Part shown: positions 1 to 9,663 of the stretch, in pieces
How positions within the stretch are numbered: the stretch's first letter is position 1
Layout of the letters: every line of letters starts with the position of its first letter
Position numbers and translations under genes: made by a program
Notes under the pieces: generated by a model
Told to the model about the DNA's origin: nothing
The model's input: the letters and a program-made list of their open reading frames with translations, nothing else
The model's database searches: none
NCBI RefSeq assembly: GCF_000341395.1
Contig: NC_020304.1
Coordinates: 1,620,001-1,652,000, forward strand
Direction of reading: 5' to 3'
Length of the DNA stretch: 32,000 nt
Source of the DNA: Desulfocapsa sulfexigens DSM 10523
Lineage (GTDB): Bacteria > Desulfobacterota > Desulfobulbia > Desulfobulbales > Desulfocapsaceae

Positions 1-2702
1 AAAATAAAAGAGTAATTTTCTTTTTGATCCTGCTGTTGCTGATGTTTGGCAATTGGCTGTCCAATGGCTTATCACAACCATTGCAGGAGGTGAAAATCGG
101 TGTACTGGCCAAGCGGGGTCCTGAAATAGCTCTTAAAAAATGGTCGGCAACGGCGGATTACCTGTCCCAGGCACTTCCTGGGTATCGTTTTCAGATTGCA
201 GCCCTTGATTTTACGGAAATCCATGCAGCTGTTCAAGAAGGAACAATTGACTTTGTGCTCGCCAACTCGGCATTTTATGTGGAACTGGAAAAATTGTATG
301 GGGTCAAGCGGATAGCAACTCTTCTCAACCAGGACAGCTCCGGTCGGCAGACCACCATGTTTGGCGGGGTAATCCTGGCCCGCTCTGACAGAGAGGATAT
401 CCGGGAAATTCGGGATCTGAAAGGGAAAAGCTTTATGGCCGTGGAGCAGCGTTCTTTTGGGGGCTGGATCATGTGCTGGCGGGAGCTGCATCGAATGGGG
501 CTTGAGCCGGAAAAATTTTTCTCCTCACTGCAATTTGGCCAGACTCATGATGCTGTTGTGGCGGCAGTTCAAAGGGGAGACGTCGATGGAGGTACTGTCC
601 GGACTGACACTCTGGAGCGGATGGCTGAAGGGGGTGATATCAATCTGGATGATTTTCATATTCTCAATGAGCAGCAGGTGGAAAACTTTCCTTTCAGGAT
701 AAGTACTTCTCTTTACCCCGAATGGCCCTTCGCGGCCGTGAAAGACACTTCTCTTGACCTGGCTCGCCAGGTTGCCTCGGCTTTACTGGCTATGAAGGCA
801 GATGCCCCGGCAGCCATTGCAGGAAAAAGTGCCGGCTGGACCGTGGCACTGAATTACCAGCCCGTTCACGATTGCCTTATGGAGCTACGTATAGGACCCT
901 ATTCGGATTTTGGTTATTTCAGCTTTTATGATGTAGTGAAAAAGTACTGGCTGCAGCTTGTTCTTCTGTTCCTTTCTTTTACCATTGTTGTATTGACTTC
1001 TCTTTATATTCTCCGGCTCAATCGGAGGATCAGGCAGAAGAAAGAGGAAGTTGATGAGTTGAACAGAACTCTTGAGGCTAAGGTCCTGGAACGTACCAGA
1101 AAGGTAAACAGCCTTCTTGACCAGGAACTGTACCTTCGTGAAATAATGGAAACAATCGCTGAGGTGAATGGCCTCCTTATCTCAGCAACAGATATGGATA
1201 TGCTGTTACAGGAGGCTTGCCGGGTAATGGGGGAACATGGGCATTACGCCTATAGCTGGATCGGTTTGTTGGAAAACAATGTGGTGAGCAGAGTTTTTAC
1301 CAGCGATGACTCTGTCAGGTTTCCGAGTGATCCTCCTTATGATCCGATGGATACCGAGGATTCTTTTTCATTAACACCCGCTGCGCATTGTATGGCAAAG
1401 AACCAAACGGTGGTTGTGCGACAGAGCAGTACTGTCAGTACTGTTTCTCCCTGGCTGGATCTGGCTGAAGTTACGGAATATCAATCTGTTATCTCTTTGC
1501 CTCTTCGTGCCGATCAGTACAGCTCACCGTTGGGTGCTTTCAGTGTTTACACTCTGCGACTGGAGGGGTTTGAAGAGGAAGAAATTGCCATGCTCGAGGA
1601 GCTCGCCGGTGATATCGGTTTTGCTATCAATGCCTTCAGACAGAAAGAGCAGGTCGCAAAGCTAGAGAGAGAACGCACTGAAAATTACGAAGAGACTATT
1701 CTCTCCTTTGCCAATATTATTGATCACAGAGACACTTATACTGCCGGACATACCACACGGGTAGCCCATTACTGTAAGCTGCTCGCCAGGGAAATGGGCC
1801 TTGGAGAAGAAGAAACAGGGATCCTGCAAAAGGCAGCCGTTCTTCATGATATTGGTAAAATTGCCACGCCGGATAGTGTTCTGCTTAAACCCGGTAAGCT
1901 TTCCGACCTGGACTATGATCTTATTAAGCTCCATGCGCTGGCAGGATATGAGATACTCTCGGGTATCGGGATGTATGAAGATCTGGCAGTGATCATACGG
2001 CACCACCATGAGCGATATGACGGAATGGGCTACCCGGATCATCTTTGCGGGGAGGGCATCCCACTTCTATCCAGGGTTCTTACTGTCGCCGACGCTTTCG
2101 ATGCTATGACAACCAATCGTATTTACAAGCCAAGAAAGGCTATTTCTGAAGCGCTACAGGATTTGCAAAGACTTAGCGGAAGTCAGTTTGACCCCGCTGT
2201 TGTAGCTGCAGCCCTCAATGTGCTCAGGGATGTGGAGGTGCCAAAAGCCATTTCTCAGTTGCCAATAACACAGATGGAGCAACGCCGTTTTTCCTATTTT
2301 TTTAATGATAAATTGACAAGTTTATACAACGAAGATTACCTCCAGATTATTCTGCAAAACAATAAGGATCTCCATGAATACCACTGTTTGCATAGTATTC
2401 ACGTAAAAAAACTCCAGCAGTATAACCAGCATCAGGGATGGGAATCTGGGAACATTTTGATGCAGAGGATTGCACTTGAGCTGGAGGAAACCTTTCCTGA
2501 AACCCTGCTGTTTAGAGCACATGGCCAGTATTTTATAATAATTTCCAGAGAACATTTTGAAATCAATGCGGCAGAGCTGTCGTTTGCCTGTCTCAAGGAG
2601 ACCGGGGTGGCTTTTGAGCTGGATCACCTTGATTTGCAAAAAGACACTGTCTATACTATTAATAATATGGATAAATTTATAGTTCAGTCAGGGGAAGACT
2701 AG
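1..2702 (+). CDS. PhnD-like periplasmic substrate-binding domain + TM + GAF + HD-GYP phosphodiesterase, with a degenerate GGDEF-like C-terminus (5' end probably outside the window)
   Basis: ORF 24..2702 starts at TTG but the frame is open to base 1, encoding a better signal/TM stretch (..RVIFFLILLLLMFG). PhnD-like text 'KIGVLAKRGPEIALKKWSATADYLSQ', TM 'LVLLFLSFTIVVLTSLYIL', HD-GYP motifs 'HTTRVAHYC', 'HDIGKIATPDSVLLKPGKL', 'HHHERYDGMGYPD'. Confidence 0.9.
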   Translation, partial: NKRVIFFLILLLLMFGNWLSNGLSQPLQEVKIGVLAKRGPEIALKKWSATADYLSQALPGYRFQIAALDFTEIHAAVQEGTIDFVLANSAFYVELEKLYGVKRIATLLNQDSSGRQTTMFGGVILARSDREDIREIRDLKGKSFMAVEQRSFGGWIMCWRELHRMGLEPEKFFSSLQFGQTHDAVVAAVQRGDVDGGTVRTDTLERMAEGGDINLDDFHILNEQQVENFPFRISTSLYPEWPFAAVKDTSLDLARQVASALLAMKADAPAAIAGKSAGWTVALNYQPVHDCLMELRIGPYSDFGYFSFYDVVKKYWLQLVLLFLSFTIVVLTSLYILRLNRRIRQKKEEVDELNRTLEAKVLERTRKVNSLLDQELYLREIMETIAEVNGLLISATDMDMLLQEACRVMGEHGHYAYSWIGLLENNVVSRVFTSDDSVRFPSDPPYDPMDTEDSFSLTPAAHCMAKNQTVVVRQSSTVSTVSPWLDLAEVTEYQSVISLPLRADQYSSPLGAFSVYTLRLEGFEEEEIAMLEELAGDIGFAINAFRQKEQVAKLERERTENYEETILSFANIIDHRDTYTAGHTTRVAHYCKLLAREMGLGEEETGILQKAAVLHDIGKIATPDSVLLKPGKLSDLDYDLIKLHALAGYEILSGIGMYEDLAVIIRHHHERYDGMGYPDHLCGEGIPLLSRVLTVADAFDAMTTNRIYKPRKAISEALQDLQRLSGSQFDPAVVAAALNVLRDVEVPKAISQLPITQMEQRRFSYFFNDKLTSLYNEDYLQIILQNNKDLHEYHCLHSIHVKKLQQYNQHQGWESGNILMQRIALELEETFPETLLFRAHGQYFIIISREHFEINAAELSFACLKETGVAFELDHLDLQKDTVYTINNMDKFIVQSGED

Positions 2703-2832
2703 AAACGACGCTTCACAAGCCCTGTTTTGATATAAAACTGTTTGGTCAATGTTTCCTTGTGGTGATAAAATATAAGCAGTCAAAGAAAAAAAGCAGGGTG
2801 TCAAAAAGTTACAAACCCAGAGGAGGGCAATC

Positions 2833-3273
2833 ATGACGACATTTTCCAAAATTTTGCTGCCGATTGACTTTACCGAGTGTTCTACTGCTGTTTTGTCTCA
2901 CGCCAAACTGATGAAAGAGAAATTCGATGCTGATATCTATCTCCTTTACGCTATGCCGGGTTCCGAGCAGTACAAGGGGCTCAATATGGACTCTGAGTGG
3001 CTTGTCAATTATGGGCACTCTCTGAAACGGGAAGCAGAGAATGCCATGGAGAACTTTATTAATCAGCATATGCAGGGCTTTGAGCCGAAAAAGGCTGTGG
3101 TGAGAATAGGTGAAGTTGTTACAGAGACTGCCACCTATGTGGACGAAGAGGGTATTGATCTGATCATAACAGCGAGTCATGGGTGTCGCACCGCAGAGAA
3201 CAGGATATATGGTTCAATCGCCGAGGGAATAAGTCGTGAATCGGGGTGTCCGGTGATGATTGTTCACCCCTGA
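2833..3273 (+). CDS. universal stress protein, UspA family
   Basis: 'KILLPIDFTECSTAVLSHAKLMKEKFDADIYLLYAM' and C-terminal 'IAEGISRESGCPVMIVHP'; AGGAGG upstream. Confidence 0.92.
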   Translation: MTTFSKILLPIDFTECSTAVLSHAKLMKEKFDADIYLLYAMPGSEQYKGLNMDSEWLVNYGHSLKREAENAMENFINQHMQGFEPKKAVVRIGEVVTETATYVDEEGIDLIITASHGCRTAENRIYGSIAEGISRESGCPVMIVHP

Positions 3274-3348
3274 TGGTGGGCAGAAAAATAAAACATCCCA
3301 AACCTGGTTCGGGATACAGGGTGACTCGGTGTCGGGGAATGGCGTTAC

Positions 3349-4125
3349 ATGTTTACCAAAGAGAATAAAACCCATTTTCACCGTGCCTGGATCAGGTTGA
3401 TTTTTGCCTATCTGTCTGCATTCTTCCTCAGTTTTGCAGTTGGATCTTTCCTCATACAAATCATGGGGATGTCCCCGGAAACACTGTTTGAGTTTTCTAC
3501 TAAACGTGTTTCCTATGCCTTCCCAGTATTTCAAGCTGGAACAGAACTCGGAGTTGATCTGGGGCTTGTGTTGTTTTTCTGGAACAGCCTGGCCTCTATC
3601 ATTACTATTTCATTTCTCTATACTGCACCGCTCTTTAATCCCCGGGACACCCTCCTTTTTCCACAAACGATACGGAAGATGCTCTGTGGCAGAAGAAGAA
3701 TGAAACTACTCTGTTTTCTCCCGGGATGCTTGAAGTTTGAAGAAGAGTCGCTTCGCAGGGTCTATGTGTGGCTGATGGTACCCTGGTTGGGAATGATACT
3801 GCTTGGTATGGAAAGTGGGCTGACCGTTTCAACGTCAAGCTATGCGTTTGGATCCTATGGCGTAGGCTTTCTTTCCCTGATCCCCCACGGCGTAGTGGAA
3901 ATTCCGACCATTGCCCTTGCCGGAGCAGTCGTGTTTGCCGTACATCTGGTAATCAAAAAAGAATCGGTGGAAAAGAATTCGGAAGAAATATTTGCATTTA
4001 TTAATAGTTTTAAACAGGAGGTTCCTTTGAGACGAATAGTCCTGTTCGTCATGTCTTTTTTGTTTGTTGCCGGGCTGGTTGAAGGTCACATCACACCGAA
4101 AATCCTGGATGCTCTGGTTCAATAA
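3349..4125 (+). CDS. polytopic membrane protein of unknown function
   Basis: 258-aa ORF with several hydrophobic segments, in a well-spaced gene context. Confidence 0.65.
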   Translation: MFTKENKTHFHRAWIRLIFAYLSAFFLSFAVGSFLIQIMGMSPETLFEFSTKRVSYAFPVFQAGTELGVDLGLVLFFWNSLASIITISFLYTAPLFNPRDTLLFPQTIRKMLCGRRRMKLLCFLPGCLKFEEESLRRVYVWLMVPWLGMILLGMESGLTVSTSSYAFGSYGVGFLSLIPHGVVEIPTIALAGAVVFAVHLVIKKESVEKNSEEIFAFINSFKQEVPLRRIVLFVMSFLFVAGLVEGHITPKILDALVQ

Positions 4126-4159
4126 TTGAGTCACCTGTTCTAAGGGGTGACCGTGTCAA

Positions 4160-5050
4160 TTAGGAGAGATCCTTCTGCTTCCTAAATGAAAACGTCGTTA
4201 TGAAGATACCTGTGAAAACCAGCACCATCCCCTGGACATGATAGCCCAGTAGAACCTCTTCTAAAAAAACAATTGCCAGGATGGTACTGAATACCGGCAT
4301 CAAATGGATAAAAGGCCCAGCCCGGTTTGCCCCCACCTCCCTGATTGCCCGGGTCCAGCAGATAAATGCCAGAATTGAGGCAAACAGAGCTACATAGCTG
4401 ATGGTCAGTATGGTCTCAATATTTATTTGTATGTGTTTGCCACTCTGTATTTCAAACAGATAACAGGGCAGAAGAAACACCAGTCCCGTCAGCATAATAC
4501 CGGTCAAGTAGGTGATGGGATGCAGGCCTGCCGGATAATGTCTCAAGTTTGCTGAGTAAAAGGCCCAGACAAGAGCTGCCACCAGTACCAGCAGGTCACC
4601 CTGGTTAAATGTCAGTTGCTGCAAGGTGTTTATGTTCCCCTTTGCAATGATTAACAGAACACCGCTTAAAGAAATAAAGACTCCGATGGACTGTCTCATG
4701 CTCAATGGTTCCCGGTAGATTAGTAAAGATATGAGAACGATGATTATCGGTATACAGGAGTTTACCAGAACAGCATTAATTGCTGTGGTCGATTGCAGGG
4801 CGAGATAGATGAAAGTATTGAATCCGGCAACTCCCAGGATCCCCTGCCAAAGCATAAACCGCCGATGTTGAATCAGAAGTTTTCGTTGTTCGTAGACGCG
4901 TCGCAGGCCAAAGGGGGCAATGATCAGTAAGGCCAGAGTCCAGCGCCAGAAGGCGAGGCTTACCGGTGGAATCTCGGCATGCATGCCTCGACTTAAGACA
5001 AAGTTCCCAGACCAGAAAAGGGCACTTAGGGTGAGCAGTAGATATGGCAT
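4160..5050 (-). CDS. DMT superfamily transporter (EamA-like)
   Basis: 10-TM pattern with 'LFWSGNFVLSRG...PPVSLAFWRWTLALLI' and 'FVEEVLLG' class motifs. Confidence 0.9.
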   Translation of the reverse strand: MPYLLLTLSALFWSGNFVLSRGMHAEIPPVSLAFWRWTLALLIIAPFGLRRVYEQRKLLIQHRRFMLWQGILGVAGFNTFIYLALQSTTAINAVLVNSCIPIIIVLISLLIYREPLSMRQSIGVFISLSGVLLIIAKGNINTLQQLTFNQGDLLVLVAALVWAFYSANLRHYPAGLHPITYLTGIMLTGLVFLLPCYLFEIQSGKHIQINIETILTISYVALFASILAFICWTRAIREVGANRAGPFIHLMPVFSTILAIVFLEEVLLGYHVQGMVLVFTGIFITTFSFRKQKDLS

Positions 5051-5266
5051 AAAGATAGGTTGTTGTAGATGGTTATTAAATGTTCATTGCATTCCCTTTA
5101 GGGAACATGTTTAACCAGATGAAGACCGACTGTGAGTTCTTCCATGGATTGTGTGCTCTGGATTGTTATGAGTACAATAATTACATTGACAATGTCAAAA
5201 ATATGTTTGGATGATAGATGTTTTGTCTGGTGCATACCACTTTGGTTTCCATAGAAGGATTATAAA

Positions 5267-5857
5267 ATGCTGGATAATATCCTGCCCTTTGTCTTGTTTG
5301 TTGTTGCTATGACCGGAACGCCTGGCCCCGGCAATCTTACTATGATGGCTATCGGGCAGACCACTGGCTTTGCCAGTTCCATTCCGTTTCTTATCGGGAC
5401 GGCTGTGGGGTGCCTGATGCTCGATACTCTGGTTGCCTGTGGCCTGGGGGAGATTATCGTTGCTTCCCCTGCGATTGCCACCCTTCTGCGTATTGGAGGT
5501 GTGGTTTATATTTTGTATCTGGCCGGGAAGATACTGGTGCTGCAATTGAATACCAAAAAACTCGAAAAGCGGTTTTCATTTTTTGAGGGGTTTCTGATTC
5601 ACCCGTTAAGTCCAAAGAGCTGGGCCATGGCAATTGTTGCCTTTAGTCAGTTTATGAATCCGGACCATCCGCTTTTGCCTCAGGTTATGGTTTTTGTCCT
5701 CACCTTTTTGATAGGCCTGTTGCTGTTTCACAGCTCGTGGTGCGCGGCAGGGGCGCTTATTCCTCGTCTGGTCAGTTCCAGACGGATATTGTTCGGCGTG
5801 AATTGTATTATGGTTACACTTATGCTTGGTGCTACCGGGTATGCCATGTTTGTCTGA
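5267..5857 (+). CDS. LysE family amino-acid/threonine exporter
   Basis: 'GTPGPGNLTMMAIGQTTGFASSIPFLIGTAVG' typical LysE/RhtB motif; 'HPLSPKSWAMAI'. Confidence 0.88.
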   Translation: MLDNILPFVLFVVAMTGTPGPGNLTMMAIGQTTGFASSIPFLIGTAVGCLMLDTLVACGLGEIIVASPAIATLLRIGGVVYILYLAGKILVLQLNTKKLEKRFSFFEGFLIHPLSPKSWAMAIVAFSQFMNPDHPLLPQVMVFVLTFLIGLLLFHSSWCAAGALIPRLVSSRRILFGVNCIMVTLMLGATGYAMFV

Positions 5858-6039
5858 AGTTCATTTCTAGGCTTCCAAGTAAGGACCAGAAAAAAGTTCA
5901 AAGATGAATTGAATACCTATAGTTCTGTAAAATAGAGAAAAAAACGAAGCTACTGCGGTAGTTTTGCCGTGCAGAGTGAAGCGTTAAGGAATTGATTGAA
6001 TACACAGTAATGTAATGGTCAGGATAATAGGCCGGCCTA

Positions 6040-6070
6040 GAGTTTGTCTGCCGGATTGGCAGACAAACTC
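6040..6070. promoter_or_regulatory. strong hairpin between convergent genes (possible bidirectional termination/mRNA-end structure)
   Basis: GAGTTTGTCTGCC (6040-6052) - GGATT - GGCAGACAAACTC (6058-6070): perfect 13-bp stem, with an outer GGCCT/AGGCC pairing. Confidence 0.6.
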
Positions 6071-6115
6071 TCCAGGCCACCTGATCATCAATTGTTCTTG
6101 ATTTTTGAGCTATAC

Positions 6116-6898
6116 TTATTTTGCCATTGCGTCCATGGCTCTGTTAGGATTTGCCTCAACTTTTTTCAGGATTTCTGTGGTTTTTGCTTCAGGTAACCAG
6201 TTGACTTTGCCAGTTGATACGTCGTAGATAGCTCCTACAACTTTGGCTTTCCCGGAGTTAACAAGATCTCGAGAAACAGGGCTTTTCATAAACAGATCCT
6301 CCATTCCCTGCCAGATGTTCTCTTCAATTGCATAGGGTATTACGTCAGCACCATGAGCTGTTGGATTGTCTGCAATTGCTTTTTTCACAGCTGGGATGAT
6401 GTTGTCAACCAGAGTTGGGATGTTTCTTTCAAGTGGATGACCATGACCTTGTACGGCATTTGTCACTGCAGTTACAGCCCCACACTGAGTATGTCCAAGC
6501 ACCACAAAGACAGGGGTGTTTACATGAGCCAGGCCGTATTCAACAGATCCTGCTTCATCAACATCCAGCACATTTCCGGCCACACGAATAACAAAAATAT
6601 CCATGATTCCGGCATCAAAGAGAATCTCAACAGGAACCCTGGAGTCAGAGCAAGCGATTATGGTTGCATAGGCGTAGTCTCCCTGATCTTCTTTGCCGGC
6701 CAGGGCCAGTCGGGCAGCATCAAGATGGGGTTGAGTGGATTTACCGTTAACAAAACGCTCGTTACCGGCTTTGAGCAAGGCTATTGCCTCATCCGGACTT
6801 GGCTTGGCTGCTTTTGTGCCACTGGCCAGAACTGGACCTGTGGTGAGAGCCACGAAGCAAAAAGCTGTTACAATTGATTTTAAAAATTTTGTGTTCAT
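6116..6898 (-). CDS. beta-class carbonic anhydrase with N-terminal signal peptide
   Basis: 'ACSDSRVPVEILFDAG' and 'VLGHTQCGAVTA'; start moved from 7003 to 6898 (MNTKFLKSIVTAFCFVALTTGPVLA) because AGGAGG lies directly upstream. Confidence 0.92.
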   Translation of the reverse strand: MNTKFLKSIVTAFCFVALTTGPVLASGTKAAKPSPDEAIALLKAGNERFVNGKSTQPHLDAARLALAGKEDQGDYAYATIIACSDSRVPVEILFDAGIMDIFVIRVAGNVLDVDEAGSVEYGLAHVNTPVFVVLGHTQCGAVTAVTNAVQGHGHPLERNIPTLVDNIIPAVKKAIADNPTAHGADVIPYAIEENIWQGMEDLFMKSPVSRDLVNSGKAKVVGAIYDVSTGKVNWLPEAKTTEILKKVEANPNRAMDAMAK

Positions 6899-7073
6899 TA
6901 CATTCCTCCTTTGAAATATTAGTTGCTGTAAGTAAAATCCGTTTTTCAATAGCCCAGGTCGTCTATAACAAAAAAACTGATTGTGCCCTGGCGTAAAGAG
7001 CATCGTTTGGCTCGGTTGTTCTTGTTGGTCGATAAGCTGTCGATTTTAAAGCATTTAATTGCTTCAACTCTGT

Positions 7074-7120
7074 CCTGAGTAAACTTTCCATAGCTGATAA
7101 CAATAGTAGGTATATCTCTC
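7074..7120 (-). pseudogene. remnant of an mscL-like gene
   Basis: Minus strand reads D-I-P-T-I-V-I-S-Y-G-K-F-T-Q, matching '[15 protein letters not shown]' of the intact mscL in this window (about 11771-11820), with clear nucleotide similarity. Confidence 0.7.
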
Positions 7121-7221
7121 CTGAAGCTCCTTAAAAAGATGCTGAAACAGTGCTATTGTATAGCTGTTGATACGGCCCTATTCCTCAGTGTCCATTTAAA
7201 CTGTCTTTTGTCAGCATTTTT

Positions 7222-8187
7222 TTAGTCAGAATGGAGTGCCTGATGCAGTTCAATTTTATTGGAAACCATCAATTTTTTGTAAACAGATTCAATATGACGT
7301 CGAACTGTTGCGGGACTCAACTCTAAATCCGTAGCAATTTCTTTATAGGTCAAGCCCGAAGCAAATATCCTGGCTATCTGGTCTTCACGCTTGCTCAATA
7401 AATCAGTGACATCATTTGCCGGGTATACCTGAAGTAATATCATATCGTCTATTTGTTTGCGGATAAAAACAAGCTTCCTTCTCTTCAGGGGGAGGCTGGC
7501 TTTTGTGTGGAGCCAGGCCGCAACTGATTTTGGTAGCACCGGCCCTGACCACTGTGGCCATTGCTGTTTTAGCAGCTGAATACACTCCGGCTCGGAAAAT
7601 CTGATCCAGGCCTTGTTATCACATAAGACAAGAGCGCTTGTAGAATTCACTTTTGCTAAATTCACCATATGCTGAATCTGATTAGCGTGCAAAGCATTTA
7701 TCATCAAGGGAAATACAAACTGTTTTGCCAATTGCTCTTTGTCGGTAAATGTTTGTTCCGGGTTTTGTCTATAGAGACTCATTATTTCCAGAAGACCTGT
7801 TTTCGGATTTGGTATTGCCGTGGAAATTGCATTTTCAATACCAAACAATTTGGAATGTTGTTGGTAGATTGCAAGGTTTTCACGTTCATGACGGGAATAA
7901 AAATCGAAAACATCAAGAGTTTTTCCGGGATTTGCAATTAATCCGGCTAAAAGCTTGTCTTGGTGTTTTATCTGCTCCCATGAATCCATCAAACTGTTTG
8001 GAAGGTTATATAAAAAGACATTGTTCAGCTGCAATTCCTGAGTATAGCCTCCAGCCCAGAGAGCCATATCAAAGGGGATCAACTTCATCAGGTGATCCAT
8101 TACCTGCTGTTTAAATTGTCCCGCAGGAAATCTGTTGATGGAATGGATTAGTTTTCCGATGAAAATTTGATTTTCCTGATTCAGCAT
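7222..8187 (-). CDS. LuxR-type transcriptional regulator
   Basis: C-terminal HTH 'LLSKREDQIARIFASGLTYKEIATDLELSPATVRRHIESVYKKLMVSNKIEL'. Confidence 0.88.
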   Translation of the reverse strand: MLNQENQIFIGKLIHSINRFPAGQFKQQVMDHLMKLIPFDMALWAGGYTQELQLNNVFLYNLPNSLMDSWEQIKHQDKLLAGLIANPGKTLDVFDFYSRHERENLAIYQQHSKLFGIENAISTAIPNPKTGLLEIMSLYRQNPEQTFTDKEQLAKQFVFPLMINALHANQIQHMVNLAKVNSTSALVLCDNKAWIRFSEPECIQLLKQQWPQWSGPVLPKSVAAWLHTKASLPLKRRKLVFIRKQIDDMILLQVYPANDVTDLLSKREDQIARIFASGLTYKEIATDLELSPATVRRHIESVYKKLMVSNKIELHQALHSD

Positions 8188-8361
8188 CCTGCCATTTAAT
8201 CTTATTTATTCAATAAAAGAAAAAATAGGGCATTTGCCCGATTGAATCTAATTACCAATTATGATTTAGTTTTCGCGTTCATACAGCATAATTTTGATAT
8301 AACAATTCATCAACAACAATTCATCATTTTCTTTAACAAGGGACGAGGGGGAATAAAACAC

Positions 8362-9645
8362 ATGCAACTACACAGTAAGGAATGCTCTGGTAACTCGATT
8401 TATCTGGCAATTATTTTAGCTATATTTTTGTATGGGCTGGCAGTTTTGGTACCAATAACAGCTCTTGCCGACTGCCCTGGAGGGGTCGCCCCTTCTGGAA
8501 GTACGGTGTATTCCGAAGGCCCTTCTACAACTGTATGCAAGACGGATGGTGCCTATAGTTCACAGACCATCCGGTGGCTAACGCCAGATGGATATACCTG
8601 TGATACAACCGTGGAGACTCGTGATCCTAATTCAGATAGTCAGTGCGGAATTGGACCGGTTCTTCCAGATTTAGATTTTAGGGAAATTATTACTCAAAAA
8701 GAGTGGGTAAAAATAAAGCAGCAGTATGCCCATGAAGCTGCCATCGGGGGTGCCAATAGCCGTATGAAAATTATTACCGATGAGCAATTTCTTATGAAGT
8801 GGGGACCTGATGCTGAAGGAACCCGGAAATCAGTGGAGGACGCTTTAAATTCCGGAAATTTGGATGACGGGCCAGTATATCGAGACCCAATATTAGAGGA
8901 AAATGATGGTCGTGCTCCAAAGGAATATAGGTACACTCCGTCAGATTTACCGGTGTGGGATTTTGGGGTTTCCTTACAGGGCGGGGTAGAAACGAGTGAA
9001 ATCGCGCAGATTTCCGCACCAGATCGAGAATCCGACGTCAGTTCCCTGGCCCTTAACCTGCATGGGGCTAAGGATGATTTTCTCTTCAACGGGCAATTTC
9101 ACTACCGTGCCCTGCGGGGAACCGGTATTGATGACGGGCAAGACTCCGACGAATACGGCCTACTCATGATGGGGGGATACCAATGGTTACACCAGTCTGA
9201 AAATGGGGTGAATCTGATGTTTCACGGGTTTTTGGATTTGTCCGGCAACGACTACGGTGATGCCGGAGATCAGACCCGGTATGTCCCAGGAGCCGGTATA
9301 TCCGTGGATGGCTGGACTCCAGTGGGGAAATTGAAAATGGCCTATCTTTTCAGTCATGACCGCAATGCCGATAATGATCTTGAAATCACGGATGAAAAAT
9401 ACCTGAATGTGAACAATATGTCCCTTGCCTACACCCTCCCCTTGACCCGGGCCCTGTTCCTGAATTCAAGTCTGAGCTATTTATATATCATGGATATTCC
9501 TGATGGTATGGATGACAGTAGTACCTCTTTTGATGTCGGCCTAGCCTATAATTGGCAACGCTTTAATATGGGAATTACTTATGTGAAAAGTTTAGATGGC
9601 TATGGGCGGGAAGGGGTTAATTTTTTCGCCGGATATTCCTGGTAA
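8362..9645 (+). CDS. secreted/outer-membrane protein with autotransporter-like C-terminal beta-barrel
   Basis: ATG at 8362 with a G-rich SD (GAGGGGGA), signal peptide ending 'VPITALA', alternating beta-strand C-terminus ending in aromatic '..GVNFFAGYSW'. ORF track starts earlier, at 8242. Confidence 0.7.
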   Translation: MQLHSKECSGNSIYLAIILAIFLYGLAVLVPITALADCPGGVAPSGSTVYSEGPSTTVCKTDGAYSSQTIRWLTPDGYTCDTTVETRDPNSDSQCGIGPVLPDLDFREIITQKEWVKIKQQYAHEAAIGGANSRMKIITDEQFLMKWGPDAEGTRKSVEDALNSGNLDDGPVYRDPILEENDGRAPKEYRYTPSDLPVWDFGVSLQGGVETSEIAQISAPDRESDVSSLALNLHGAKDDFLFNGQFHYRALRGTGIDDGQDSDEYGLLMMGGYQWLHQSENGVNLMFHGFLDLSGNDYGDAGDQTRYVPGAGISVDGWTPVGKLKMAYLFSHDRNADNDLEITDEKYLNVNNMSLAYTLPLTRALFLNSSLSYLYIMDIPDGMDDSSTSFDVGLAYNWQRFNMGITYVKSLDGYGREGVNFFAGYSW

Positions 9646-9663
9646 ATAAAATGGTGGTTCCGG

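Noticed and set aside
72-491. 139-aa minus-strand ORF and similar overlapping ORFs inside 24..2702
   Set aside because: Shadow ORFs antisense or out of frame to a strongly supported multi-domain gene.
6899-7003. N-terminal extension of the carbonic anhydrase
   Set aside because: ATG 6898 has an ideal SD and starts a clean signal peptide.
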